DNA of 63,277 nt, filler included, from Octopus bimaculoides (GCF_001194135.2; 6 parts of 5 records of this genome joined end to end with filler, not necessarily neighbours in it), one strand, 5' to 3'. Shown: positions 1 to 14,904, numbered from the whole stretch's first letter. Notes: generated by a model from the letters alone, not told the origin. Translations and numbers: made by a program.

Positions 1-508
1 TGGCATCCTGTTGAATTCTTAAGTAAAATGTTTATTTCTACAGTTTATCTCAGTAGAAATGAATCTGTATATTTTAAGTAGCCTCTACATCTTACACTGT
101 TGTTTCTCTATAATTTCAGAACATCAGATGACATAGACATAACAGATGAAACATCCTTAAAATCTACCATATTTTAAAGACTAAAAGAAAATATTATACA
201 AAAAAAGATGTATCAGATTGTATTTTACAAATCTGTGGAGGAATTCCTGTGAAACATTTGCTCTGGAATAATATCACTAACCAAGTTCCCGAGCATCACT
301 GAGTCGAGTGTCAAAAGGAAGTGCCTGAGTATAGATTTAAGTTGGATACATTTATGGAAGTGTTGCTAAACAAAGGTAACACTGGACAGAAATTTTTTTA
401 AGAAATAAAATAGATGACTAAAGGAAGAAAAAATATATCAATTGGGATTTGAGAGAAAAAGTGATAGAAAAGAGTGAGACAATTATAGAATTGATTTCCC
501 CTGAACAC

Positions 509-676
509 ATGGCAAAAGAGACGAGATCATATGACTGTGATATCTGTGGTAAATCATTCTCTTATAATAGTCTCTTAACTATACATAAACGTACTCATAC
601 TGGAGAGAGACCATATCATTGTGACATCTGTGGTAAATCATTCTCTCAAAATACTGTCTTAACTGCACATAAACGT
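509..676 (+). CDS. C2H2 zinc-finger gene A (5' part, two fingers; remainder lost in the gap at 677-776)
   Basis: ATG at 509 gives [56 protein letters not shown], with CxxC-x12-H-x3-H and a TGERPY linker. A splice acceptor (ttctctataatttcAG) sits at 118-119. The ORF-track tail after the gap is unrelated sequence. Confidence 0.9.
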
Positions 677-776
677 NNNNNNNNNNNNNNNNNNNNNNNN
701 NNNNNNNNNNNNNNNNNNNNNNNNNNNNNNNNNNNNNNNNNNNNNNNNNNNNNNNNNNNNNNNNNNNNNNNNNNNN

Positions 777-865
777 TCAAAATGGTGTCTTTTACGTGCC
801 ACCCGCACAAGAGTCAGTCCACAGGCACTGGCAACGATCTCGCTCGAAAATCCTATGAAGGCCAG
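777..865. mobile_element. Fragment of an interspersed repeat (SINE/LINE-3'-like) abutting the satellite
   Basis: Non-repetitive tract ggtgtcttttacgtgccacccgcac...ggcactggcaacgatctcgctcga resembles an abundant octopus repeat (recalled, not searched). Confidence 0.45.
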
Positions 866-3800
866 TAATTACGTACGTACGAACGATCGAACGAAGGAAC
901 GTACCTTGTGTCCGGACGTTCAAACGAACGAATGTACGTACGTACGGACGAACGAATGAACAAACGTACTTAAGTACGAACTTACGAACGAAGTCAGATA
1001 CGTACGAACGGACGACCGAACGTATGAACGTACGTACGTAAGTAAGGACGTAAGAAGAAACCAACCAACCAACGAAAGTACGTATGTACGAGCGAACGAA
1101 CGAACGATCGTACGTACGTCCGAACAAACGGATCATCGAACGAACGAACAAATGAATGAACGTTTGTACGTACGTACGTCTGGACGCAGGAACGAACGTA
1201 CGTACGCACGAACGAAATAACGAATGAATGAACGAAAGAACGAACGTTCGAAAGTAAGAATGATCGAACGAAGGAAGAAACGAGCGAAATTCACTACGTA
1301 CGTACGATCGAACGAACGTACGTCCATACGCACGAACGAACGAGCGTACGTACATGCGTATGGATGCATGAAAGAACGAACGAACGTACGTACATAAGCC
1401 CTTAAGTACGAACAAACAAACGAACTTACGTACGTACGAAGGAGCGAACGATAAAAATGACCGAACGTACGAACAAACGAATGAACGTACGTATATAGGA
1501 ACGAACGAACAAACGGAAGAACGAACGTGCGTACGTAAATACGTATGTACGTTAGAACGAACGAACGAACGAAAGATCGAACTAACGAATGAACGGACGT
1601 ACTTACGTACGTAAGAACGAACTAACAAACAAACGAAAGATCGTACGTAGGTACGTACGCACGTAAGTTCAAACGAACGAAGATACGTACCCACGTACGT
1701 ACGAACGAAAGAACGAACGTACATACGTTGTCCGTACGTACGATCGAACAATCGAACGAACGAACTCAAATACGTACGAATGAACGAAGAAACGGACGAC
1801 CGAACGTAAGAATGTACGAACGAACGAACGTACGTATGTACGTACTTACGAATGAACGTACGTACGTAAGTAAGTATGTAAGAAGAAAAAGACGAACGTA
1901 CGTATGTACGAGCGAAAGAACGAACGAACGAATGTAGGTTCGTCCGAACAAACGAATAAACGTTTGTACGTCTGGACGCAGGAAAGAACGTACGTACGTA
2001 CGAACGAAATAACGACTGAATGAACGAATGAACGAGCGTTCGAAGGTAAAAACGAACGAACGAACGAAGGAAAGAACGATCGTACGTAAGAACGATCGAA
2101 CGAACGAGCGAAATTCCCTACGTACGAACGAACGAACGTACGTACATAAGTCCTTAAGTACGAACAAAAAAACGTACGTACATACGAACGAACGAATGAA
2201 CGTACGTACTCACTTACGCATGTACGAACGAACGGAATAACGAACATGCGTATGTAAGTAAGCATGTACGTTCGAACAAACGAACTAAAGAACGAAACAA
2301 CGAACGACCGAAAGGACGAACGTACGTAGAAACATTCGAAAGAACGATCTTTCGTACGCACGTACGAACGATGGAACGAACGAACGAAGATACGTACGTA
2401 CGAACGAACGTACATACGTACGTCCGTACGTACGAAGGAACTAACGAACGAACGTAGGTAGGAACGAACGAAAGAGTGAACAAATGAACGTACGTTCGTA
2501 TTACAAACGATCGAACCTTCGTACGTGCATACAGACGAACAAATGAACGAACGTACGTAATTACGAACGAACGAACGAACGAAATCAGACACGTAACTAC
2601 GTACGTGCGAACGAACGAACGAACGAAATCAGACACGTAACTACGTACGTGCGAACGAACGAACGAGCGCACAAAAGAACGTACGAACGAAAAAGACGTA
2701 CGTACAAACGAACGAACGTACGTATGTACTTACGTAATTACGTACGAACGATCGAACGATCGAACGAAGGAAGGTACCTTGTGTCCGTACGTACAAACGA
2801 ACGAACCAAAAAAATCGATCGACAGAAAGAACGAACCTGCGTACGTACGTACGAACGAACGAACGAATGTACGTTCGTACGTTCGAACGAACGAATGAAC
2901 AAACGTACGTAAGTACGAACGGACGACCGAACGTTAGAACGTACGTACGCACGTAAGTAAGTACGTAAGAAGAAACGAACGAACGAACCAACCAACGAAA
3001 GTACTTATGTACGAGCGAAAGAACGTACGTACGTACGTCCGAACAAACGAATGATCGAACGAACGAACGAATGAATGTTTGTACGTACGTACGTCTGGAC
3101 GCAGGAACGAACGTACATACGCACGAACGAATGAACGAACGAACGAAAGAACGCACGTTCGAAAGTAAGAATGATCGAACGAAGGAAGGAACGAACGTTC
3201 GCACGTAGGAACGAGCGAACGAACGAGCGAAATTCTCTACGTACGTACGATCGAACAAACGTATGTTCATACGTACGAACGAACGAAAGAACGAACAAAC
3301 GTACGTACATAAGCCCTTAAGTACGAACAAACGAACGTACGTACATACGAACAAACGAACTACCGTACGTACGAAGGAGCGAACGATCAAAATGACCGAA
3401 CGAACGAAAGAATGAACGTACGTACTTACGTACGTATATACGAACGAAAGAATGAACGTACGTACTTACGTACGTATATACGAACGAACGAACGTACTTA
3501 CGTACGTATATACGAACGAACGAACGAACGGAAGAACGAACGTGCGTACGTAAATAAGTATGTACGTTAGAACGAACGAACGAACGAACAACCGAACGAA
3601 CGAATGATCTTTCTTACGTAAGTACGACCGATCGAACGAACGAACGAACGACAGATCGAACTAACGAATAAGCGGACGTACTTACGTACGTAAGAACGAA
3701 CGAACAAACACACGAAAGGTCGTACGTAGGTACGTATGCACGTACATAAGCACGTAAGTTCAAACGAACGAAGATCCGTACCCACGTATGTACGAACAAG

Positions 3801-6800
3801 CGAACGAGCGATCGAACGATCGAAAGAATGAACGTACATACGTACGTCCGTACGTACGAACGAACAATCGAACGAACGAACTCAAATACGTACGTACGTA
3901 CGAACGAACAAACGAACGAACGGACGACCGAACGTAAGAATGTACGAACGAACGAGCGAACGTGAGTACGAACGAACGAGCGAACGTGAGTACGAACGAA
4001 CGAGCGAACGTGAGTACGAACGAACGTACGTATGTACGTACTTACGAATGAACGAACGTACGTATGTACGTACTTACGAATGAACGAACGAACGAACGAA
4101 TGAACGAACGAACGAATGAACGAACAAACGAATAAACGTTTGTAAGTATGTACGTCTGGACGCAGGAAAGAACGTACGTACGTACGAACGAAATGACGAC
4201 TGAATGAACGAACCAACGAAAGAACGAACGTTCGAAGGTAAAAACGATCGAACGATCGAACGAACGAAGGAAAGAACGTTCGTACGTAAGAACGATCGAA
4301 CAAGCGAAATTCCCTGTACGTTCGTTCGATCGCTCGTTCGTTTGTTCGAACGTACGTGGGTACATATCTTCGTTCGTTTGAACTTACGTGCTTACGTACG
4401 TGCGTACGTACCTACGTACGATCTTTCGTTTGTTTGTTCGTTCGTTCTTACGTACGTAAGTACGTCCGTTCATTCGTTAGATCGATCTTTCGTTCGTTCG
4501 TTCGTTCGTTCTTTCTTTAGTTCATTCGTTCTAACGTACATACTTATTTACGTACGCACGTTCGTTCTTCCGTTCGTTCGTTCGTACATACGTACGTAAG
4601 TACGTACGTTCATTCTTTCGTTCGTTCGTTCGTTCGTACGTACGTTCATTTGTTCGTACGTTCGTTTGTTCTTTCGTTCGTTCGGTCATTTTGATCGTAC
4701 GTACGTACAAACGTTCTTTCGTGTGTTCGTTCAGTCGTTCGTTCGTTCATTCGTTCGATCATTCGTTTGTTCGGACGTACGTACGTTCGTTCGTTCGTTC
4801 TTTCGCTAGTACATAGTACTTTCATTCGTTGGTTGGCTTGTTCGTTTCTTCTTACGTACGTACGTTCATTCGTTCGTTCGTTCATTCGTACGTTTCTTAC
4901 GTTCGGTCGTTCGTTCGTTCGTTCGTTTCTTCGTTCGTTTCTTCGTTCGTACGTACGTACGTATCTGAGTTCATTCTTTCGACCGTTCATTCGTTCGTTC
5001 GTTCGTAAGTTCGTACTTACGTACGTTGGTTCATTCGTTCGTTCGTTTGTACGTACGTACGCAGGTACGTTCGTTCGTTCGTTTGTTCGTTCGTTCGTTT
5101 GTTCGTACGTACGTAATTACGTAAGTACATACGTACGTTCGTTCGTCCGATCGTTCGTTTGTACGTACGTCTTTTTCGTTGGTACGTTCTTTTGTGCGCT
5201 CGTTCGTTCGTTCGATCGTTCGTTCTTTCGTTCGTTCGTATCTTCGTACTTACGTTCGTTAATTCGTCCGTACGTTCTTACGTTCGTTCGTCCGTTCAAT
5301 CGTTCGCACGTACGTAGCTACATGTCTCAGTTCAAACGATCGAAATTCCCTACGTACGAAAGAACGAACGAAAGAACAAACGTACGTACATGCGTACGGA
5401 TGGATGAAAGAATGAACGAACGTACGTACATAAGCCCTTAAATACGAACAAACGAACGTACGTACATACGAACGAACGAACGTACGTACATACGAACGAA
5501 CGAACGAAACAATGAACGTACGTACTCACGTACGCATGTACGAACGAACGAACGAACGGAAGAACGAACATGCGTACGTAAGTAAGCATGAACGTTCGAA
5601 CGAACGAACTAAAGAACGAAACAACGAACGACTGAACGAACGAACGATCGAACGTACGTAGGAACATTCGAACGAACGATCTTTCGTACGCACGTACGAA
5701 CGATGGAACGAACGAACGAATTAACGAATGAACGGACGTAATTACGTACGCACGAACGAACGAATAAACGAACGAAGGATCGTACGTAGGTTCGCACGTA
5801 CATACGTAAGTACGTAAGTTCAAACGAACGAAGATACGTACGTACGAACGAACGAAAGAACAAACGTAAATACGTACGTCCTTACGTACGTCCATACGTA
5901 CGTCCATACGTACGTCCATACGTACGTCCATACGTACGAACGAACTAATGAACGAAGGAACTAACGAACGAACGTAGGAACGAACGAACGAACGAACGAT
6001 CGAACAAACGAACGTTCGTACGCACTTACGTAAGTACGTACGTACGAACGATCGAACGAAGGAACGTACCTTATGTACGTACGTACAAACGAACGAATGA
6101 ACAAACGAACGAAAGAACAAACGAACGAAAGAGTGAGCAAACAAACGTACGTTCGTATTACGAACGATCGAACCTTCATACAGACGAACGAACGAATGTA
6201 CGAACGCACCTGCGAACGANNNNNNNNNNNNNNNNNNNNNNNNNNNNNNNNNNNNNNNNNNNNNNNNNNNNNNNNNNNNNNNNNNNNNNNNNNNNNNNNN
6301 NNNNNNNNNNNNNNNNNNNNNNNNNNNNNNNNNNNNNNNNNNNNNNNNNNNNNNNNNNNNNNNNNNNNNNNNNNNNNNNNNNNNNNNNNNNNNNNNNNNN
6401 NNNNNNNNNNNNNNNNNNNNNNNNNNNNNNNNNNNNNNNNNNNNNNNNNNNNNNNNNNNNNNNNNNNNAACGAACGAACGATCGAACAAACGAACGTTCG
6501 TACGCACTTACGTAAGTACGTACGTACGAACGATCGAACGAAGGAACGTACCTTGTGTCCGTACGTACAAACGAACGACCGAACGAACGAACCTGCGTAC
6601 GTACGTACAAACGAACGAACGAACGAATGTACGTACGTACGTTCGAACGAACGGACGAACGAATGAACAAACGTACGTAAGAACGAACTTACGAACGAAT
6701 GAACGATCGAACGAACGAAGTCAGATACGTACGTACGTTCGTTCGTTCGTTCGTTCGTTCGTTCGTTCGTTCGTTCGTTCGTTCGTACATACGTACGTAA

Positions 6801-9482
6801 GTACTACGTTCATTCTTTCGTTCGTTCGTACGTACGTTCGTTTGTTCGTACGTTCGTTTGTTCGTACGTTCGTTTGTTCTTTCGTTCGTTCGGTCATTTT
6901 GATCGTTCGATCCTTCTTACGTACGTAAGTTCGTTTGTTCGTATGTACGTACGTTCGTTCATTCAGTCGTTATTTCGTTCGTGCGTACGTACGTTCGTTC
7001 CTGCGTCCAGACGTACGTACGTACAAACTTTCATTCGTTTGTTCGTTCATTCGTTCGTTCGTTCATTTATTCGATCATTCGCTTGTTCGGACGTACGTAC
7101 GTTCGTTTGTTCTTTGGTTCTTTCGCTCGTTCTTTCCCTCGTACATGCGTACTTTCGTTGGAAAATACGAACGAACGATCGAAGAAACGAACGTACGTAT
7201 GTACTTACGTAATTACGTACGTAAGAACGATCGAACGAAGGAACGTACCTTGTGTCCGTACGTACAAATGAACAAACGAAAGAACGAACGTTCGAAGGTA
7301 AAAACGATAGAACGAACGAAGGAAAGAACGTTCGTACGTAAGAACGATCGAACGAACAAGCGAAATTCCCTGTACGTTCGTTCTTTCATTCGTTCGTTCG
7401 ATCGTTCCATCGTTCGTACGTGCGTACGAAAGATCGTTCTTTCGAATGTTCCTACGTACGTTCGTTTGTTCGTTCGGTCGGTGGTTCGTTTTTCCGTTCG
7501 TTCGTTCGTTAGTACATGCGTACGTGAGTACGTACGTTCATTCGTTCTTTCGTTCGTATTTACGTACGTTCGTTTGTTCGTTCTTAAGGGCTTATGTACG
7601 TACGTTCGTTCGTTCTTTCATCCATCCGTACGCATGTACGTACGTTCGTTCGTTCGTTTTTTCGTTCGTTTGTACGTACGTCTTTTTCGTTCGTACGTTC
7701 TTTTGTGCGCTCGTTCGTTCGTTCGTTCTTTCGTTCGTCCGTTCCTTCGTACTTACGTTCGTTAATTCGTTCTTACGTTCTTACGTTCGTTCCTCCGTTC
7801 GTTCGTTCGCACGTACGTAGTTACGTGTCTGAGTTCGTTCGTTCATTCGTTCGTAAGTTCGTACTTGCGTACGTTCGTTCATTTGTTCATCCGTTCGTAC
7901 GTACGTGCGTACGTACATTCTTTCATCTTCTGTATGCACGTACGAAGGTTCGATCGTTTGTAATATGAACGTACGTTCGTTTGTTCACACTTTCGTTCGT
8001 TTGATCTTTCGTTTGTTTGTTCGTTCGTTCGTTTGTACGTACGTACATAAGGTACGTTCCTTCGTTCGATCGTTCGTACGTACGTACTTACGTAAGTGCG
8101 TACGAACGTTCGTTTGTTCGATCGTTCATTCGTAATTACTAACGTACTTTCGTTCGTTCGTTCGTCCATTCTTACGTTCGAATGTTCCTACGTACGTTCG
8201 TCCTTTCTTTCGTTCGTTCGGTCGTTCGTTGTTTTGTTATTTAGTTCGTTCGTTCGAACGTACATGCTTACTTACGTACGCATGTTCGTTCTTCTGTTCG
8301 TTCGTACATGCGTACGTGAGTACGTACGTTCATTCTTTCGTTCGTTCGTTCATATGTACTTACGTTCGTTTCTTCGTACTTAAGGGCTTATGTTCGTTCG
8401 GTCTTTCATCCATCCGTTTGTTCGATCGTTCGTTCGTACTTACTAACGTACTTTCGTTCGTTTATTCGTACCTACGTTCGTTCGTTCGTTCGTTCGTACG
8501 TACGGACGTACGTATGTACGTTCGTTCTTTCGTTCGTTCGTACGTACGTAGGTACGTATCTTCGTTCGTTTCAACATACGTACTTACGTATGTACGTGCG
8601 TGTCTACGTACGATTTTTCGTTCGTTTGTTCGTTCGTTCGTGCGTATGTAATTACGTCCGTTCATTCGTTAGTTCGTTCGTTCGTTCGATCGTTCCATCG
8701 TTCGTGCGTGCGTACGAAAGATCGTTCGTTCGAATGTTCCTACTTACGTTCGTCCTTTCGTTCGTTAGTTCATTCGTTCGGTCGTTCGTTGTTTCGTTCT
8801 TTAGTTCGTTCGTTTGAACGTACATGCTTACTTACGTACCCATGTTCGTTCTTCTTCTCGTTCGTTCGTTCGTTCGTACATGCGTACGTGAGTACGTACG
8901 TTCATTCTTTCGTTCGTTCGTTCGTATGTACGTACGTTCGTTTCTTCGTACTTAAGGGCTTATGTACGTACGTTCGTTCGTTCTTTCATCCATCCGTACG
9001 CATGTACGTACGTTCGTTCGTTCGTTCGTACGTAGGGAATTTCGCTCGTTCGTTCGATCGTTCTTACGTACGAACGTTCTTTCCTTCGTTCGTTCGTTCG
9101 TTCGATCGTTTTTACCTACGAACGTTCGTTCTTTCGTTCGATCGTTCATTCAGTCGTTATCTCGTTCGTACGTACGTACGTTCTTTCCTGCGTCCAGACG
9201 TACATACGTACAAACGTTTATTCGTTTGTTCGGACAAACGTACGTTTGTTCGTTCGTTCTTTCGCTCGTACATACATACGTTCGTCCTTTCGTTCGTTTC
9301 TTCTTACATACTTACTTACGTACGTACGTTCATTCGTTCGTTCGTACGTTCATTCGTATGTACGTACATACGTACGTTCGTTCGTACTTACGTTCGCTCG
9401 TTCGTTTGTTCGTACGTACGTGGGTACATATCTTCGTTCGTTTCAACTTACGTGCTTACGTACGTGAGTACGTACCTACGTA
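866..9482. repeat. Degenerate tetranucleotide (ACGA/ACGT) satellite with modular higher-order structure and internal inversions
   Basis: 4-bp periodic ACGW units. Landmark tctggacgcagg recurs at 1179, 1971, 3094, 4155 and reverse-complemented at 7000, 9187. Landmark taagcccttaag or a variant recurs at 1395, 2147, 3310, 5431 and reversed at 7583, 8379, 8951. Internal gap at 6220-6468. Confidence 0.97.
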
Positions 9483-9784
9483 NNNNNNNNNNNNNNNNNN
9501 NNNNNNNNNNNNNNNNNNNNNNNNNNNNNNNNNNNNNNNNNNNNNNNNNNNNNNNNNNNNNNNNNNNNNNNNNNNNNNNNNNAATGGAAAAGTGTCTTTT
9601 ATTAGCAGGTACTTGTTTTGCAGATCATCATCTTATTGTTTAAATTTTTATGCTTCCATGAGTCAAATTCCTTTTATCTATTATGCACTTAAAATGGGGT
9701 AAGATATTTCCCCATTGTTTAAAAAAAAACTGAAATCTAAGAAAATTCATAATTTAGGAAAGTTGCTTCCGACATAAAACCACA

Positions 9785-10266
9785 TAACCAAAAGAAACTA
9801 TTAACAAAGGCAAAATTCAACATGAACAAAGAGGGGGAAATGTTCACTGTACCCAAGTGTAATGATAACAGATGTGGAACGTGAGACTACATGCATATTA
9901 GTAGATCTATCAGGACAATAAGTGGACAGAATTTCGTAAATGCAAATATGATCTGCAAAAACAGAAATTTTAATCTACTGCATTAAATGCCCAAATTGCA
10001 AGGAACTATATATTGTCGTGACAGGGAAGACATTATCAGAATGCTCAGGAGACCACAGACAACATATCTCGAACACTAATGTTCACGAAATTCCATTGAG
10101 CAAACATACAGAAATATGTGGTCAGAAATTGTTTCTAATTTTTCCTTTCCCCAAACAACATGACACAAGTGAGGCTGGAAGAAAGATAAAAGGAAAATGG
10201 TTTATCAAAATGTTGAAACCTGTTCTGCACGGAAATAACAACAGTAATATAACAACGGAGTGTTAA
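9785..10266 (+). mobile_element. Penelope-like element remnant: GIY-YIG endonuclease C-terminus (frameshifted, with a stop)
   Basis: Hand translation KKLLTKAKF..KCNDNRCGT*DY..NANMICKNR/NLIYCIKCPNCKELYIVVTGKTLSE..HRQHI..IPLSKH..FPF..IKMLKPVLH matches the LIY..C..C...YIG GIY-YIG pattern of PLEs. Confidence 0.8.
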
Positions 10267-10959
10267 ACTATATAATAACCAAATCTCGTACAACTCATAG
10301 AATCTCTTCCATCGCTAGAAATAGCAACCTGGTCCTGAGCAAATGATGGACATCCCTCATCCAGAGCTAGAAATAGCAGCCAAATCCCGCACAAATCAAG
10401 GACATCGCTCGTTCATAAAACAGAAATCGTACGAAGAATCGATGAGCCAAAAACCGAACGTCTACAGCATTAAAAACATTGAATATTTTCATTGTTTGAT
10501 ACTTACGGAAATGTTTCATAAAGGATAGTGTTGTTATATAGGTGTGTATCTGGTAGTTGAGAAATTCATGCACAAGACATTTAACCGGAGATACATAAAG
10601 TGAGCAGTTCATTCAATGCGCATGCGTAGCTTCTACCTTAAAATGTCTAAGTCTAATTATCTCCCTTTCATCGGACAATGACAAAAGCTAAAGAAGATCA
10701 AATAACACTGGTTCTTTCACTTCAAGGCACAGGGCCATTCGACGAAGTCAACCATAGTTTCACACACAAGGGCAAAAATTTTTTTGAATACCTCAAAACT
10801 TTCCCCAGAATTCTTGTGTGGTGATACAGAAATTTCCATGATTTCACTGTTTTATGATTGTCTAAGTGATAGACAGATAGATAGAGGATACCTACTGGTA
10901 GCGAATGGTCTCTGTATAGCCTTATGGCTAGTTCTTGAGATAAGTGTGTCATGAAATGT

Positions 10960-11330
10960 GAGCGCTTTTGGACCTATAATCTTTATTAGACGTTCCATGG
11001 GGATTATTGTAGGCGTTGATCAAAGGCTCCCAACGCAGTAAATGAATTTCTAGCCCTCAAGTTCATTCTCCTGGTCGAAGCTGGCTGCCCTCCTTCTGAT
11101 GAGATGGACCTCTGCATCTCTTCCCCTCGCCATTATAAGGTTGGGGAAATCCCAATCAGTGTTGGATTATGACCTTGTGAAAAGTCTTCTTTCACTCTGA
11201 TGTGAAGCTATCGTTTAGTCAATCCTATATGTTTCCCCACAAGTACAGGTCATCTTCTATATCCCGTGAGTTTGCAAAAAATAGCTGGACAATGTCCATT
11301 GGCCCCTTTGGCTTTGATGGGGCAGTGGTT
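10960..11330 (-). mobile_element. Second, highly decayed Penelope-like GIY-YIG remnant
   Basis: Minus-strand HGI*KMTCTCGETYRID and EVHLIRRRAASFDQENELE resemble GVYKIxCxCGxxYIG and EAIHI..xLNRDxG PLE motifs; many disablements. Confidence 0.45.
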
Positions 11331-11649
11331 CAGACAGCATATGTCCTGTATGTTATTATTGTGGGAGAGGTAGTGTAGAGGTAGTGTCTGAGAGTATGGT
11401 TCACCTCGTCATTCTGACAGGGAGGACAGACTTTTTGATGTCGTTCCTTATCTGGTTCTCAAAATGTTCCCCATAGTATTAAATTGTCTGGAAAGTGCCA
11501 AGCGTTTTAAACACAAATCTTTTATTGCTTCAGTGAACACAGCTGAAACGTAACGCAGTTAAAACTTTGGCATTACTTAAATCGGTAGAGCATCTCTTCT
11601 TTGTTCCCGACTAAAAATAGATTTATCTTTCATTTTGGTTAATCTTTGA

Positions 11650-11889
11650 CATTTGAAATGGATAACCAAAACTACTTTTCTGTTTGAAAAATGTAGAAAC
11701 ACTTGCTAAAACATTGGTGATGCTGTAGGTGAATCAACTATTCAAAGGTGGTTTGCAAAATTTCAAGCTGAAGAGTTTAGCTTGGAAAATGATAGTCACA
11801 GTAGAAGAGGTTCAACATTTGATGAAGATGTTTTGAAAGCAAAAACTGAAGAAAACTTACATCTCATGACTAGAGCGTTTCCAGAGTAG
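11650..11889 (+). mobile_element. Mariner transposase remnant (N-terminal HTH)
   Basis: GESTIQRWFAKFQAEEFSLENDSHSRRGSTFDEDVLKAKTEENLHLMTRAFPE* matches the mariner pattern TVxRWFxKFxxGxFxLEDxxRSGRPxxxDxDxLKxxxExNP. Confidence 0.8.
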
Positions 11890-12741
11890 TGGGAAGCAGA
11901 AGTAATTATGATGGCAAATAGAATTTGTCAGCAGGGTGATGAATATTTGAGGAAGGACTATAATAAACATGAGGGGACAGATGATAAACAAAATGCTGAT
12001 CAACTCCTAACTGCACACATATCCCACACTTCAATTTCTGCAAACCAGAATACTTCATAATTTTGATCCTTAATCTGTAGAATGTTAGCACACCTGTTTT
12101 GTTTATTTTCCCCTTGCTAAATAAAGCTGTTTCTAAGCTTCACTTCCAGCTGTTCCCATTTTTCCAAATAACCAAGAATGCCTCTGCTTTTATACCATAG
12201 TTTACTTCCCTGTTCATATCACTCTTCACCTGCCAGGCAATTGCCCTTTATTTTATATATCTCTTGTGCTCTATTTTATATATTTCCAAATCCACCTGTT
12301 CGTTAAAGGCTTTAATTAGTATATCAACAGTTTTAAGGATCACTAAACTATACTTGTGCCACATGTTCTTCCTTTGGGGTCTCTTCTGTTCTGCAATTGG
12401 GGGTCATTGTTTATGTACATATTTGACAACTTTACAATATTCCCATGTATGAAAAAGTCATAACTTATGTTTTAGTATAACATATTTAATGAGTAAAGCG
12501 TTAAAAAAAAAAAGAAACAAAAAATTTCCAGGAATTAAAGGATGTGATATAGAAGAAAGAATAGGGTTATTTGGAGGAAGAAGAGTTTTGGTATAGAAAT
12601 CCTTATATCACGAAAAGAAAGGCGAAAATTACAAAAAAAGCAAAACCAAAAAGAAGTCTAAAAGATTTGGAAATACTTTAATTTCCATTGCATAAAACAC
12701 AGGAATATCAAAAATAAACAGCAAACACAAAACTATAGGAA

Positions 12742-14553
<1,812 letters not shown>

Positions 14554-14904
14554 NNNNNNNNNNNNNNNNNNNNNNNNNNNNNNNNNNNNNNNNNNNNNNN
14601 NNNNNNNNNNNNNNNNNNNNNNNNNNNNNNNNNNNNNNNNNNNNNNNNNNNNNNNNNNNNNNNNNNNNNNNNNNNNNNNNNNNNNNNNNNNNNNNNNNNN
14701 NNNNNNNNNNNNNNNNNNNNNNNNNNNNNNNNNNNNNNNNNNNNNNNNNNNNNNNNNNNNNNNNNNNNNNNNNNNNNNNNNNNNNNNNNNNNNNNNNNNN
14801 NNNNNNNNNNNNNNNNNNNNNNNNNNNNNNNNNNNNNNNNNNNNNNNNNNNNNNNNNNNNNNNNNNNNNNNNNNNNNNNNNNNNNNNNNNNNNNNNNNNN
14901 NNNT

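Noticed and set aside
677-868. C-terminal tail KMVSFTCHPHK... of ORF 449-868
   Set aside because: It is read through a 100-N gap into an unrelated repeat fragment and is not part of the ZNF protein.
866-9482. CRISPR-like or encoded-message interpretation of the recurring words in the satellite
   Set aside because: There is no constant repeat with unique spacers; the inter-landmark DNA is itself ACGW repeat, and the context is eukaryotic with no cas genes.
792-9702. Dozens of long ORFs rich in RSFV/RTYV/TNER
   Set aside because: They are translations of the 4-bp satellite, which rarely produces stops; they overlap in all frames and show no domain.
10505-10680. Minus-strand CGAUGA...GAAAC..GUA as a hammerhead
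   Set aside because: Stem I partners are not adjacent to the core, and stem II would be ~150 nt without clear pairing.
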